From positions 740,588 to 804,587 of the forward strand of contig CAVPFB010000003.1 in NCBI GenBank assembly GCA_963703665.1: a stretch of 64,000 nucleotides of DNA, read 5' to 3'. This DNA comes from an uncultured Alphaproteobacteria bacterium. GTDB taxonomy: Bacteria > Pseudomonadota > Alphaproteobacteria > ATCC43930 > CGMCC-115725. This document shows, piece after piece, positions 8,791 through 18,961 of this stretch (its first letter is position 1; every line of letters begins with the position of its first letter). The notes below the pieces were generated by a model, which saw only the letters and a program-made list of their open reading frames with translations, had not been told where the DNA came from and made no database searches. The position numbers and the translations under genes were made by a program.

Positions 8791-11757
8791 ATGCCATTCG
8801 ACAATCCCGCGGGGTCGCGCCTCGAAACGCGGCTGCGCCGCCAGATCCATGGCGAGGTGCTGTTCGATGCGTTCAACCGCGGGCGCTACGCGACCGACGC
8901 GTCGATCTATCAGATCGAGCCCCTGGGCGTCGTCGTCCCGACGGACCGCGAGGATGCCGCGGCGGCGATCGCGATTGCCCGCGGGGAAGGCGTGCCGGTG
9001 TTGCCGCGGGGTGCCGGCACCTCGCAATGCGGGCAGACCGTGGCGCGCGCGCTCGTTCTCGATTGCAGCCGGCACATGGACCGGGTCGTCTCGGTCGATG
9101 TGGAGCGGCGCCGGGCGCGGGTCGAGCCGGGAGTCGTCCTCGACCGGCTAAACCGCTCGCTGCGGCCGCACAAGCTGTTCTTTCCGGTCGACCCGTCGAC
9201 CGCGAGCCGGGCCACGATCGGCGGCATGACCGCCAACAACAGCTGCGGCTCGCGCTCGTTGCGCTACGGCAACATGGTGCACAATGTCTGCGGGATCGAC
9301 GCACTGCTGGCCGACGGTGCCACCGCCTGGTTCGGCGAGGTCCCCGGCAATTTCCCGGCCGATGCCGATGCCGCGATGCCCGAGCGCTATTGCGAGCTGG
9401 TGCGCCATATGCGCGCCTTGCACGGGCGCGAGGCCGACGAGATTGCGGCGCGCTTTCCGCAGGTGCTGCGCCGGGTCGGCGGCTACAATATCGACAGCAT
9501 CGACCCCAAGGGCGACGGCAGCGACCACAACATGGCGCGCCTCCTGGTCGGCTCCGAGGGCACTCTCGCCTTTTTCAACGAGATCGAACTCGAATTGCAG
9601 CCGATCCCGGCGCACCGGGTGCTCGGCATCTGCCATTTCCCGAGCTTTTACGGCGCAATGGACGCGACCCGCCGGATCGTCGCGCTGGACCCGAGCGCCG
9701 TCGAGCTGGTCGATCGCACGATGATCGAATTGTCGCGCGACATCCCGATGTTCCGCGCCGTGGTCGAGCGGTTTGTGCAGGGCGAGCCGGCCGCGGTCCT
9801 GCTGACCGAATTTTCCGGCGACGATCCGGCGGAAAACCTGCGCCGGCTGCGGGCCCTGGGCGAGCTGATGGGCGATCTCGGCCTCCCCGGCGCGGTGGTC
9901 GAGGCGATCGAGCCTTCGTTTCAGGCGGCGGTGTGGGAGGTGCGCGCGCAGGGCCTCAACATCATGATGTCGATGAAAGGGGACGGCAAGCCGATCTCGT
10001 TTCTCGAGGATTGCGCGGTCCGCCTCGAAGACCTCGCCGACTACACCGAGCGGCTCACCCGGATCTTCGAAAAGCACGGCACCTACGGCACCTGGTACGC
10101 GCACGCTTCGGTCGGCTGCCTGCACGTGCGCCCGGTGCTCAACGTCAAGCAGGAGCTCGAAGTCAGAAAGATGCGGGCGATCGCCGAAGAAGCCTTTGCG
10201 ATGGTCCGCGAATACAAGGGCTCGCATTCGGGCGAGCACGGCGACGGCTTGGTGCGCTCCGAATTTCACGAGGCAATGTTCGGCTCACGCCTGGTGCGCG
10301 CCTTTGAGGAGGTCAAGGACGCCTTCGACCCGCAGGGCCTCTTCAATCCCGGCAAGATCGTCCGCGCCCCCAAAATGGATGACCGCAGCCTGTTCCGCTA
10401 CCGGCCCGACTACCGGCCATTGCCGCTCGCCACCGCGCTCGACTGGTCGGAATGGGGCGGGTTCGCCGGTGCGGTCGAGATGTGCAACAACAACGGCGCC
10501 TGCCGCGCCCGCGACGCCGCGGTGATGTGCCCGTCGTTCCGCGCCACCGGCGACGAGCAGCACCTGACCCGCGGCCGGGCCAACACCTTGCGCCTGGCGT
10601 TGTCGGGTCAGCTCGGCCCCGATGCGCTCGTCTCCGAAGACATGCGCGAGACGATGGATCTGTGCATCTCGTGCAAGGGCTGCCGGCGCGAATGCCCGAC
10701 CGGCGTCGACATGGCGCGGATGAAGATCGAGTTCCTGCACCATTACCGCCGCCGCCATGGGCTGCGTGCGCGCGACCGGCTGATCGCCTATCTGCCGCGC
10801 TATGCACCTTACGCTGCGCGGATTGCGCCGCTCCTCAATCTGCGGAATCGAGTTCGGTTTCTGGCGCGGTGGGGTGAGCGGTGGTTGGGGCTCAGCGCGG
10901 CCCGCAAATTGCCGGAGTGGTCGGCCCGGCCGTACCGCAGCGCCGTCCACCCCCACCCTGACCCTCCCCCGCCTGCGGGGGAGGGAAGGGAGGGGGCTCA
11001 CGAGCGGCGCGAAGTGGTCCTGCTGGTCGACACCTTCAACCGCTGGTTCGAGCCCGAGAATGCGCGGGCGGCCGAGCGTGTCCTGGCGCGCGCCGGCTAT
11101 CGCGTCCTCATCCCCGACCCCCCGCGCGGAAGGTCACTGTGCTGCGGGCGGACCTTTCTCGCCGCCGGCCTCCTCGACGAGGCCCGGATCGAGGCGCGGC
11201 GCATGCTTGCGGCACTCGGCCCGCATGTCGCCGCCGGAACCCCGATCGTCGGGCTCGAACCCTCTTGCCTGTTGACCCTGCGCGATGAGTTTCCGGCGAT
11301 GCTGCCGAGTGCCGAGACGAAGGCGCTCGCCGCCCACGCCCGGCTCTTCGAGGAATTCGTCGAGACCGAGCGCGCCGCCGGCCGTTTTCAGCTGCCCCTG
11401 AAAGCGATGCCCGGGCAGACGGCACTGCTGCACGGCCATTGCCATCAAAAGGCGTTCGCCACCCTTCGGGCTGCGGTCGAGGCGTTGCGGCTGATCCCCG
11501 AACTCGAGGTCGAAGCCTTTGATTCGACCTGCTGCGGCATGGCTGGTGGGTTCGGATACGAAGCCGAGCATTACGAAATGTCGCTGAAGATCGGCGAACT
11601 CGGCGTCCTGCCGAGGATGCGCGCCGCACCCCCAGACACACTCCTTGCCGCCTGCGGCACCAGCTGCCGCCACCAGATCGTCGATACGACCGGCCGCGAC
11701 GCCCGCCACGTGGTCCGCCTCCTCGACGACGCGCTCGATTCCCAATTTACACCATAA
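8791..11757 (+). CDS. FAD-linked oxidase fused to 4Fe-4S / CCG (GlpC-like) domains, YdiJ-like
   Basis: 988 aa. N-terminal FAD_binding_4 pattern (PRGAGTSQCGQ), two CxxCxxCxxxCP-type clusters (MCNNNGACRA..CP, CISCKGCRRECP), C-terminal cysteine-rich CCG repeats. Confidence 0.8.
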   Translation: MPFDNPAGSRLETRLRRQIHGEVLFDAFNRGRYATDASIYQIEPLGVVVPTDREDAAAAIAIARGEGVPVLPRGAGTSQCGQTVARALVLDCSRHMDRVVSVDVERRRARVEPGVVLDRLNRSLRPHKLFFPVDPSTASRATIGGMTANNSCGSRSLRYGNMVHNVCGIDALLADGATAWFGEVPGNFPADADAAMPERYCELVRHMRALHGREADEIAARFPQVLRRVGGYNIDSIDPKGDGSDHNMARLLVGSEGTLAFFNEIELELQPIPAHRVLGICHFPSFYGAMDATRRIVALDPSAVELVDRTMIELSRDIPMFRAVVERFVQGEPAAVLLTEFSGDDPAENLRRLRALGELMGDLGLPGAVVEAIEPSFQAAVWEVRAQGLNIMMSMKGDGKPISFLEDCAVRLEDLADYTERLTRIFEKHGTYGTWYAHASVGCLHVRPVLNVKQELEVRKMRAIAEEAFAMVREYKGSHSGEHGDGLVRSEFHEAMFGSRLVRAFEEVKDAFDPQGLFNPGKIVRAPKMDDRSLFRYRPDYRPLPLATALDWSEWGGFAGAVEMCNNNGACRARDAAVMCPSFRATGDEQHLTRGRANTLRLALSGQLGPDALVSEDMRETMDLCISCKGCRRECPTGVDMARMKIEFLHHYRRRHGLRARDRLIAYLPRYAPYAARIAPLLNLRNRVRFLARWGERWLGLSAARKLPEWSARPYRSAVHPHPDPPPPAGEGREGAHERREVVLLVDTFNRWFEPENARAAERVLARAGYRVLIPDPPRGRSLCCGRTFLAAGLLDEARIEARRMLAALGPHVAAGTPIVGLEPSCLLTLRDEFPAMLPSAETKALAAHARLFEEFVETERAAGRFQLPLKAMPGQTALLHGHCHQKAFATLRAAVEALRLIPELEVEAFDSTCCGMAGGFGYEAEHYEMSLKIGELGVLPRMRAAPPDTLLAACGTSCRHQIVDTTGRDARHVVRLLDDALDSQFTP
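10951..10996. repeat. REP-B G/C-rich hairpin element inside the YdiJ-like CDS (CCCTCCCCCGC-ct-GCGGGGGAGGG)
   Basis: Perfect 11-bp stem at 10962-10972 / 10975-10985, read through in frame as ..HPHPDPPPPAGEGREGAHE.. Related sequence at 38744-38857. Confidence 0.7.
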
Positions 11758-11779
11758 GACAAGGCGTTTGGAGGCCGAA

Positions 11780-12220
11780 GTGCAGAATCTCGAACTCGTC
11801 TTCGATCCGCTGCCAGGGGACGCTCTGAGCCGGTACATCGCTGACCAGCTGTCTGCACACAATTTGGCAGCGACAGGCGCTTCGGAATACCACCCCGTTG
11901 GATTCTTCCTCAAGAATGCGCGCGGGGAATGGCTGGGCGGGTTGCTGGGCAGCCTTTGGGGCGGCTGGCTGCATGTCAGAATTCTTTGGGTGGATACGGC
12001 TGCGCGCGGTCAAGGCAACGGCACGCGGCTGCTGCAGGCGGCCGAAGAATATGCCGTCGAGCGCGGCTGCTTCGCCGCGACACTGGAAACGCACAGCTTT
12101 CAGGCACGGCCATTCTACGAGAAATGCGGACACCAAGTATTCGCCACCCTGGAGGACTACCCGCCGGGGCATGCAAAGTTCTATTTGCGTAGACGGCTCG
12201 CTGATGGGGGCTTGCCATGA
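11780..12220 (+). CDS. GNAT family N-acetyltransferase
   Basis: GTG 11780 with GGAGG 6 nt upstream. Acetyl-CoA motif RGQGNGTRLLQAAEEYA. Confidence 0.75.
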   Translation: MQNLELVFDPLPGDALSRYIADQLSAHNLAATGASEYHPVGFFLKNARGEWLGGLLGSLWGGWLHVRILWVDTAARGQGNGTRLLQAAEEYAVERGCFAATLETHSFQARPFYEKCGHQVFATLEDYPPGHAKFYLRRRLADGGLP

Positions 12221-12813
12221 GCCTGCCCGAACGCGCCCGCGCGCTGCTCGATTTCTGGTTCGCGCCGCCCGGCGATCCCGGACGCGAGCGGCATCGCGAC
12301 ATCTGGTTCAAGAGCACCGAGGAGTTCGATGCGGCGCTGCGGCGGGAATTTCTCGCCGACTACGAAGCCGCGGCGGCCGGGGCGTTGCGGTCATGGGAAG
12401 AATCGGCCGAGGGCGCGCTGGCCGTGGTGCTGCTGCTCGATCAGGTGCCGCGCAACATCTTTCGCGAGACCCCGCGCGCCTATGCGACCGACCCGGCGGC
12501 GCGCGCCGCCGCGGACCGGGCGCTCGAACGCGGCTTCGACCAAATGGCGCCGCCGGCCTGGCGAATGTTCTTTTATATGCCGTTCCACCACAGCGAAAAT
12601 CTTGCCGACCAGCGACGCTCGCTTGCGTTGTTCGGCGCCCTGCCGCGAAATCCCGATCGCGGCGGTTCTCTGCGTCGTTACGGGCGCCCCTATATCGAGG
12701 TCATCGAGCGCTTCGGCCGCTTCCCGCACCGCAACGCGATCCTCGGCCGGCAATCGACCGAAGAGGAGATCGAGTTTCTGAAGAAGCCTGACCAGGCTTC
12801 TCCGGGGCGCTAA
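12217..12813 (+). CDS. DUF924 family protein
   Basis: 198 aa. LDFWF....W F.....D..lr.eF, LLDQVPRNIFR and MPFHHSE motifs characteristic of DUF924. ATGA overlap with the GNAT stop. Confidence 0.75.
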   Translation: MSLPERARALLDFWFAPPGDPGRERHRDIWFKSTEEFDAALRREFLADYEAAAAGALRSWEESAEGALAVVLLLDQVPRNIFRETPRAYATDPAARAAADRALERGFDQMAPPAWRMFFYMPFHHSENLADQRRSLALFGALPRNPDRGGSLRRYGRPYIEVIERFGRFPHRNAILGRQSTEEEIEFLKKPDQASPGR

Positions 12814-12840
12814 GATCTTCCGACAAAGAGGAGTGGGGTC

Positions 12841-14748
12841 ATGGCCGTTGTCGAGATCAGGGTCGATGCGATCGAGCAGTTCGCCGAGGGGCAAAGTTTC
12901 GGCGGCGCCGGCGGCTATCTGCGGATCAAGGGCATTGCAAAGGGTGAGATCGATCCGGCGGCGGAAAACGCCGTCATCGCCGATCTCGACAAGGCACCGA
13001 AGAACCCGCGCGGCATGGTCGAGTATGAGGTGGATTTCTTCATCCTGCGCCCGATCGAAAGCCAGCCGAGCGGCGGCGTGCTGGTCTATGATGTGACCAA
13101 TCGCGGCCGCAAGATGATCCTCGGCCGGCTCGACGAGGCCGGCGCCGGCGCCGACACCAACGATCCCAAAACGGCGCGGGATGTCGGGTTGGGCTTTACC
13201 CTCGGCCGCGGCTACAGCCTCGTGTGGTCGGGCTGGGATTCGGGTGCGCCGCGCGCCAATAATGGCATGACCGCGCGCCTGCCGCCGGCGCTCGAAGGCG
13301 GCGCGCCGATGGTGCGCCGCATCCGCGACGAGTTCCACATCGGGACCCGCGCGCCCGGCGCCGGCGATGTCGTGCGGCTCAACTACCCCGCGGCCTCGAC
13401 CGACCGGAGAAAGGCGCGTCTCGTCGTGCGCGACCGCGAAAGCGATGCCCGTGCCGAGATCGCGGCGGAGGCGTGGGAATTCGTCGACAATCGTTCGATC
13501 CGGCTGCTGCCCGCCGGCACCCGCTTCGCGCCTTACAAGATTTATGAGATCTGGTACGAGGCGACCGGATCGACCGTGATCGGCGTCGGCTTTGCCGCGG
13601 CCCGCGATCTCGTCGCCTTCCTGCGTTACGAGCGGGCCGACCAGCATGGTGCACTCAATCCGATGATGGAAACCGGCCGCGCAGTCAGCCACACGCTCGC
13701 CTTCGGCGTGTCTCAGGCCGGCCGCTTTCTGCGCCATTTCCTCGAGCTCGGGATGAACGACGACGGACATGGTCGGCGCGTCTTCGACGGTGTGCTGACC
13801 CATGTCGCCGGCGCCGGCAAGGTGTTCGCCAACCACAGCTTCGCGATGCCGGGCCGGACCGCGACGCAGCATGAAGACCGGCTCTATCCGGAGAACTGGT
13901 TCCCGTTCGGCAATGCGATGACGACCGATCCGTTTTCCGGCCGCAGCGGCGCCATCCTCAGGGGCCGGCCGACCGACCCGCTGATGATCGAGGTCAACAC
14001 CGCAACCGAATATTGGCAAAAGGGCGCCTCCCTGGTGCATACCGACCCGGCCGGCCGGCGCGATGCCGAATTGCCGTCGACGGCGCGCGCCTACATGGTC
14101 GCCGGGACGCAGCATGGTGGCGGGCCCGGAACCGATCCGAGCCCCGGCCCGTGCGTCAACCCGCGCAACCCGCACAGCGCCAGCCCGGCGTTGCGGGCGT
14201 TGCTGGTGGCGCTCGAAGAATGGGTCAAGACCGGCACCGCGCCGCCACCGAGCCGGGTTCCGTCGATCGCGCAGGGCACCGCGGTCGCGGCCGAGGCGGT
14301 CGAAATGCCGACGGTGCCAGGTTTCGCCATTCCGCCGGGCGCCAACCCTATCGGGCCGCCGGTCGATTGGGTCGACCCGCCGGCGCGCCTCGACAATTTT
14401 TATGGCATCCGGGTGTCGGCGGTCGATGCCGACGGCAACGAGGTCGCCGGCATCCGCCTGCCGCCGATCGCGGTGCCGCTCGGCACCTATACCGGCTGGA
14501 ACGTCTATCGGGCGCAGCCCGGCGAGCTCGCCGACCGCGACGGCTCGCTGATCCCGTTCGCCCGCACCAAAAGCGAGCGCGAGGCCGCCGACGATCCGCG
14601 CCCTTCGCTCGAAGAACGCTACGCCGGCCGCGAGGCCTATGTCGGCCGGGTCGAAGCCGCAGCCGCCGCACTCGTCGCCGAGCGCCTGCTGTTGCCGGCC
14701 GACGCCGCCGCCTATGTCAAAGCCGCAAACGAATGCGATCGGTTCTGA
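12841..14748 (+). CDS. conserved hypothetical protein, probably alpha/beta-hydrolase-domain family
   Basis: 635-aa ORF with good coding character. I recognise the general family (large proteobacterial/actinobacterial hydrolase-like proteins) but not a function. Confidence 0.55.
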   Translation: MAVVEIRVDAIEQFAEGQSFGGAGGYLRIKGIAKGEIDPAAENAVIADLDKAPKNPRGMVEYEVDFFILRPIESQPSGGVLVYDVTNRGRKMILGRLDEAGAGADTNDPKTARDVGLGFTLGRGYSLVWSGWDSGAPRANNGMTARLPPALEGGAPMVRRIRDEFHIGTRAPGAGDVVRLNYPAASTDRRKARLVVRDRESDARAEIAAEAWEFVDNRSIRLLPAGTRFAPYKIYEIWYEATGSTVIGVGFAAARDLVAFLRYERADQHGALNPMMETGRAVSHTLAFGVSQAGRFLRHFLELGMNDDGHGRRVFDGVLTHVAGAGKVFANHSFAMPGRTATQHEDRLYPENWFPFGNAMTTDPFSGRSGAILRGRPTDPLMIEVNTATEYWQKGASLVHTDPAGRRDAELPSTARAYMVAGTQHGGGPGTDPSPGPCVNPRNPHSASPALRALLVALEEWVKTGTAPPPSRVPSIAQGTAVAAEAVEMPTVPGFAIPPGANPIGPPVDWVDPPARLDNFYGIRVSAVDADGNEVAGIRLPPIAVPLGTYTGWNVYRAQPGELADRDGSLIPFARTKSEREAADDPRPSLEERYAGREAYVGRVEAAAAALVAERLLLPADAAAYVKAANECDRF

Positions 14749-14842
14749 TGGCGTCTGCCGCGGCGGCCAGGGGTGCACGTTCGGGAATAGCCTCAATGCC
14801 GGGCCGCGATATCGCATAACGCGTCTTCTGGAAAACTCATTG

Positions 14843-15865
14843 TCATTTCACGCTTGGCAAGCGAGGTGTGTCTTTGCCGAAACTAATACCTAGGCTCAAT
14901 TCAGAAGGTAATTGTTCAATAGCAATAAGGATTTTGTTATCTGTGACAAATCTCCCATCTTTAAGCTCTGCGTACGAGGGAAACCATATACAGTCTTGTG
15001 GATCGAATTCGTAAACAATTTCCTTTGGGGCGAACCCTGCGTTTTTCATCTTTGCCACTAACTGTGCCGCTTGGACGGCAGCACTCGGTCGGACCTCATG
15101 CGCTGCATAGTTGCGCTTCACATCTTTACCCCGGAACAGAAAGGAGACTTGGCAATCATCTTGAAACGATTGAATTGATACGATCGGATTTTTCCGATCG
15201 GCGAGTTTCTCAAAAAGGGTTCGCAACCAATGATTAATCGCAGCGTAAGCGTCCTTTCCAGCCTCGGTTGCAATAGTCTTGGTGAAGGGATTCCAGACAA
15301 GGGCAACGTAAGGTAACCCTATGCGTATCAACTCCTGTAGAGCGTCAGCCGCATTATGGGACAATTCTGTCCGCTCGACGCGTAACGGCGCAGTGTTAAG
15401 CACATCTTCGAGCCATGCCGGGTCGATTTCTCTCGGATCGGTCGCGAACTCGATCCACACGTCAGAGAGCGCAGGAAGGGACGAGGGAAGCGATACGGCT
15501 GCCCCCGGGTCAAACCCAAGGTCGCGAAAACTGAGGTGGGCACCTCCGGCATAATATCCAACGATTGCCGCTATGAACGTCGCGCCGTCCGAACGGGTGA
15601 ACACTTGAGCCCCAAGAACTTTACCAAGCGGGAAGCCGGGATCATGTCCCTTAAGAAGCGGAAATCCATCGGTGTTGATTTCCGCCACAATCGCGCGTGG
15701 ATCGATGGGAACGAGTTGCTCGCCGTCCGGCCCGGTTGTATCCGCCCAAAGCACCGCACTCACAATTTTGCCGAACACTTGGTTGCCCATATAAACCGTT
15801 TTTACTTGGTCAATCCACGTGACAGCCTCCGGGCTTTCTGCTATTAGTCTAGGGTGATCAGGCAT
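14843..15865 (-). CDS. orphan hypothetical protein in low-G+C islet
   Basis: 340 aa from ATG 15865 (GAGGGG upstream; the ORF track starts at TTG 15901). G+C lower than flanks by eye. No family recognised, only a weak ..PLLKGHDPGFPLGKV.. resemblance to HK97-type prohead protease motifs. Confidence 0.6.
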   Translation of the reverse strand: MPDHPRLIAESPEAVTWIDQVKTVYMGNQVFGKIVSAVLWADTTGPDGEQLVPIDPRAIVAEINTDGFPLLKGHDPGFPLGKVLGAQVFTRSDGATFIAAIVGYYAGGAHLSFRDLGFDPGAAVSLPSSLPALSDVWIEFATDPREIDPAWLEDVLNTAPLRVERTELSHNAADALQELIRIGLPYVALVWNPFTKTIATEAGKDAYAAINHWLRTLFEKLADRKNPIVSIQSFQDDCQVSFLFRGKDVKRNYAAHEVRPSAAVQAAQLVAKMKNAGFAPKEIVYEFDPQDCIWFPSYAELKDGRFVTDNKILIAIEQLPSELSLGISFGKDTPRLPSVK

Positions 15866-16146
15866 GAGTTGTTTCCCCTCAACGCGTTCCACCCGACACA
15901 AAGCCGGGGTCGAAGACTTCTCCGCTTCCTATATCTTGTGTCAGCTCGCGATTTACGCAAATTGGTGATTGTCGCACAAGCCCCATTATGACAACCGTTT
16001 AGAAATCCTCGCCAAGCGTCGATTTCGGCGGTCGAGTTCTCCGCACCCCAGCTTCGGTTGATGCCTGGTTTTGTGGCATGTCGGGTCAGGGCCGAATATT
16101 TGCCCGGCGCGCCGTTACTTCAAGCTCACCGGACACAAGATATTGA

Positions 16147-16482
16147 TCAGGGCAGTTCCTGCGCCCGCGTCGCGAGCGCGACAACGCGCGGGATCGGCGG
16201 AGCGCCTTGCGCGTGATACGCGAACACCCGCCGGCTGATGCCGAGAGTTCGCGTTGCCATCAAAGCCGGGGTGGCGTGTGCGCCGACGCGGCGGAGTTCG
16301 CCGCGATGACGGGGCCGAGCGCGGCTCAGGCGCCGGGCTTGACAGCGATGAAATCGAGCGTCGCGGCGGCGCAGGCTTCGGCGAGCGCCTCGACCTGCTG
16401 CTCGGTAAAGCCCGCCCGCCGAAGCTTGAGGATGGCGATCCCCGATATCGCCCGATGATGAACCAGAATCCTCCGACGGCAT
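16147..16482 (-). pseudogene. degenerate XRE/antitoxin-like helix-turn-helix remnant
   Basis: Only the C-terminal about 55 codons look protein-like (..GELRRVGAHATPALMATRTLGISRRVFAYHAQGAPPIPRVVALATRA..), resembling HTH antitoxins. A second coding-like piece (..ILKLRRAGFTEQQVEALAEA..) sits in another frame at 16325-16470 with no start codon. Confidence 0.25.
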
Positions 16483-16611
16483 AGGCCATCATTCGGAATC
16501 GAATCAGCGCGCGTTCAACCCCCGACCGGCTCCGCCGCTTGTGGCCGACGCACGATCGGGGCAGCATCGGGACCGTGCGCGGTGCGACACGACAAAATGA
16601 TGGAGGGGAGG

Positions 16612-17790
16612 ATGCGATCGTCGATTTTGACCTCGGCCGTGCTGGCTGGCGCTCTGATGTGCTCGGCTTTGACCCCGGTCTTCGGCCAGACGTTGATCGT
16701 CGGCAACGATGAAAAGAACGGAGTAGACCAGAACTTCAAGCCGGTGATCCGCCCGCCCGGCCACGACACGCTGTCCGTGATCGACCTCGCCAACCCCGCT
16801 GCGCCAAAGATCACCGCGACGATCCCGCTGATGAATTCGGTCGTGGGGCCGCCGGTCAACCTCGCCATTGCTCCGTCGGGCGACATTGCCTTGGTCGCCA
16901 ACTCGCTAAAGCCGGTCGTTGAGGGCTGGGGCCATCGGCTCGAGCCCGACGACAAGGTCTTCGTTGTCGATCTGAAGGCGAGCCCGCCCAAAATCATCGG
17001 CACCGTTACCGTCGGCAAGCAGCCTTCCGGCTTGGCGATCGACCAGAAAGGCGATCTGGCGCTGGTCGCCAACCGCGCCGACGGCACGATCTCGGTGCTG
17101 TCGATCCACGGCAGCGAGGTTCTGGTCACCCAGACCGTGCCGATCGGGACTGCCGCCGACCAGGTCTCGGCTGTTGCCATTACCCCGGACGGCAGGCGGG
17201 CGCTGGCGACCAAGCCCAACGCCAACAAGGTGGCGCCGCTGACGATCGACGGCGGCAAGGTGACCTATACGAAGCGCGACCTGCCGACCGGCATTTTTCC
17301 CTACAACGTCGCGGTGACCCCGGACGGCAAACTGGCGCTGACCGCCGACAATGGCGGCGGCGGCAGCTCGGACGGCAATGTCGATACGGTCGGCGTGATC
17401 GATCTGGCGGCCAATCCGGCGCGGGTCATCAATCACGTCGTCGTTGGCAACTCGCCGGAAGGGCTGGCGATCAGCCCCAAGGGAAACCTCGCCGTCTCGG
17501 TTCAGGCGGAAGGCTCGAACACCCCGCCCTCGGTGTTCTACCACCACGCCGGCGGCAGCGTGGCCGTGCTGGCGATCGATGGCACGAACGTTACCAAGGT
17601 GGGCTCGGTGACCGTTGGCGCGCTGCCCGAGGCGGTCGCCTTCAGCCCCGACGGCAGCCACATCTACGTCGGCAATTTCATTGACCGAGACCTGTCAATC
17701 CTCAAGGTCGACGGTACCAACGTGACCGACACCGGACAGCAACTGAAGCTGCCGGGACATCCCGCCTCGATGCGCGCCGGTCCCGAATAG
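16612..17790 (+). CDS. secreted YVTN-type beta-propeller repeat protein (lactonase-like fold)
   Basis: Start at ATG 16612 (GGAGGGGAGG upstream). Signal peptide MRSSILTSAVLAGALMCSALTPVFGQ. Repeated ..P.G.A..PDG..a.v.N......v.v.. blades. Confidence 0.75.
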   Translation: MRSSILTSAVLAGALMCSALTPVFGQTLIVGNDEKNGVDQNFKPVIRPPGHDTLSVIDLANPAAPKITATIPLMNSVVGPPVNLAIAPSGDIALVANSLKPVVEGWGHRLEPDDKVFVVDLKASPPKIIGTVTVGKQPSGLAIDQKGDLALVANRADGTISVLSIHGSEVLVTQTVPIGTAADQVSAVAITPDGRRALATKPNANKVAPLTIDGGKVTYTKRDLPTGIFPYNVAVTPDGKLALTADNGGGGSSDGNVDTVGVIDLAANPARVINHVVVGNSPEGLAISPKGNLAVSVQAEGSNTPPSVFYHHAGGSVAVLAIDGTNVTKVGSVTVGALPEAVAFSPDGSHIYVGNFIDRDLSILKVDGTNVTDTGQQLKLPGHPASMRAGPE

Positions 17791-17817
17791 GCTGCCGCCA
17801 TCATCTCGAACCGGCCC

Positions 17818-18780
17818 TCAGGCGCTGCGACGCACAACCTCCCGCATCGCTGGAAGCCCGGGTTTGTTGAGCCGCGCGATCAGCCATTTCGTCAGCGCCG
17901 GCGCCGTGTATTTAGCGACCATGCCGACGCCGAAGAACACATTCGCCAATGGCAAGATACTGCTGCCGAGCACGACCCATGCCAAGGTGATCGTGCGTGT
18001 CCCGCTGATCAATCCGGCAGTAAGCGCGGCATTTCTTGGCGAGCGCCAGAATATGAGTGTCCCGGCGCATTGGAACCCAAGGTTCACGGCATACGCCAGA
18101 GCGAGGAGCTCCAACGTGACGATCGGCTGGGCAAAGAAATAACTTTGCATCCCCGCCATCGAGCCGGTTCCGGCCAGGACCAGGGAAAACACCGAAAATC
18201 CCGTCATCGCATCGGGGTTGTCCCGCACAAATCCTGCTGCGAACCGCTTGACGAGATAGGCGGCAAGCGCCGAGCCGCCGATGAGCAGCAGCAGATGCAG
18301 GCTCATCGCCGCCGGATTGATGGCGAGATGATAGCCCCCCAGACCGGCGGCTAGCAACGGCATGTAAAACGGCGAAGCTGCGGTCGCCGCAATGGTTGCG
18401 AGCAGTGCGAGCGGCGTACTCAGCCCAAGAATGGCCGAAAAGGCGACGCAGGCGGGGCTGGTGGGGACCAGCGACCAGAACAGCAGCCCCTCCGTGAGAC
18501 CAGGGCCGGGCTTGAACAGCCAAATGAGTGCAAAGACGACCAGCGGTACACCGAATGTTGCCCACAGCACCATGGCCACGGCGGCGCGGGTTTGCGTTAT
18601 CTGCTGGCGAAACGATTCGCTGTCCAATTTCAAAAAAGAACCGAAAGTAAACAGAAATATCGCAACCGCCAAATAGGGTCTTGCGAAATTGGAAACTACC
18701 GGCACGCAGAAACCAACAACGATGCCGATGACGACGACCCAAGCACCATTTTTGCCGGCGAACTGAAGCAGGGTTTTCAT
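17818..18780 (-). CDS. 10-TM transporter, bile-acid:Na+ symporter (BASS)-like family
   Basis: 320 aa, highly hydrophobic, start at MKTLLQF. The family call rests on overall pattern only. Confidence 0.5.
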   Translation of the reverse strand: MKTLLQFAGKNGAWVVVIGIVVGFCVPVVSNFARPYLAVAIFLFTFGSFLKLDSESFRQQITQTRAAVAMVLWATFGVPLVVFALIWLFKPGPGLTEGLLFWSLVPTSPACVAFSAILGLSTPLALLATIAATAASPFYMPLLAAGLGGYHLAINPAAMSLHLLLLIGGSALAAYLVKRFAAGFVRDNPDAMTGFSVFSLVLAGTGSMAGMQSYFFAQPIVTLELLALAYAVNLGFQCAGTLIFWRSPRNAALTAGLISGTRTITLAWVVLGSSILPLANVFFGVGMVAKYTAPALTKWLIARLNKPGLPAMREVVRRSA

Positions 18781-18961
18781 CGCCCTCACCCCCAATTCGA
18801 AGTTAACTAAAAGGTTGCCCCAGCCTCTTCAGGCTACCGAAATAGTATGCGGGCGCGAAGTGCGGCGCAATGTGAGTAGCTTCACATGCGGGCAAATTTC
18901 TCCCGAGAGATGTCATAAGAGCCGGCGTTGTGCAGCTCGGTGTGCGACCAGAACCGGCGCG

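Noticed and set aside
12391-14817. 808-aa minus-strand ORF
   Set aside because: R/G/A/P-rich translation. It is antisense to the well-behaved 635-aa plus-strand gene. This is a typical shadow ORF of high-G+C DNA.
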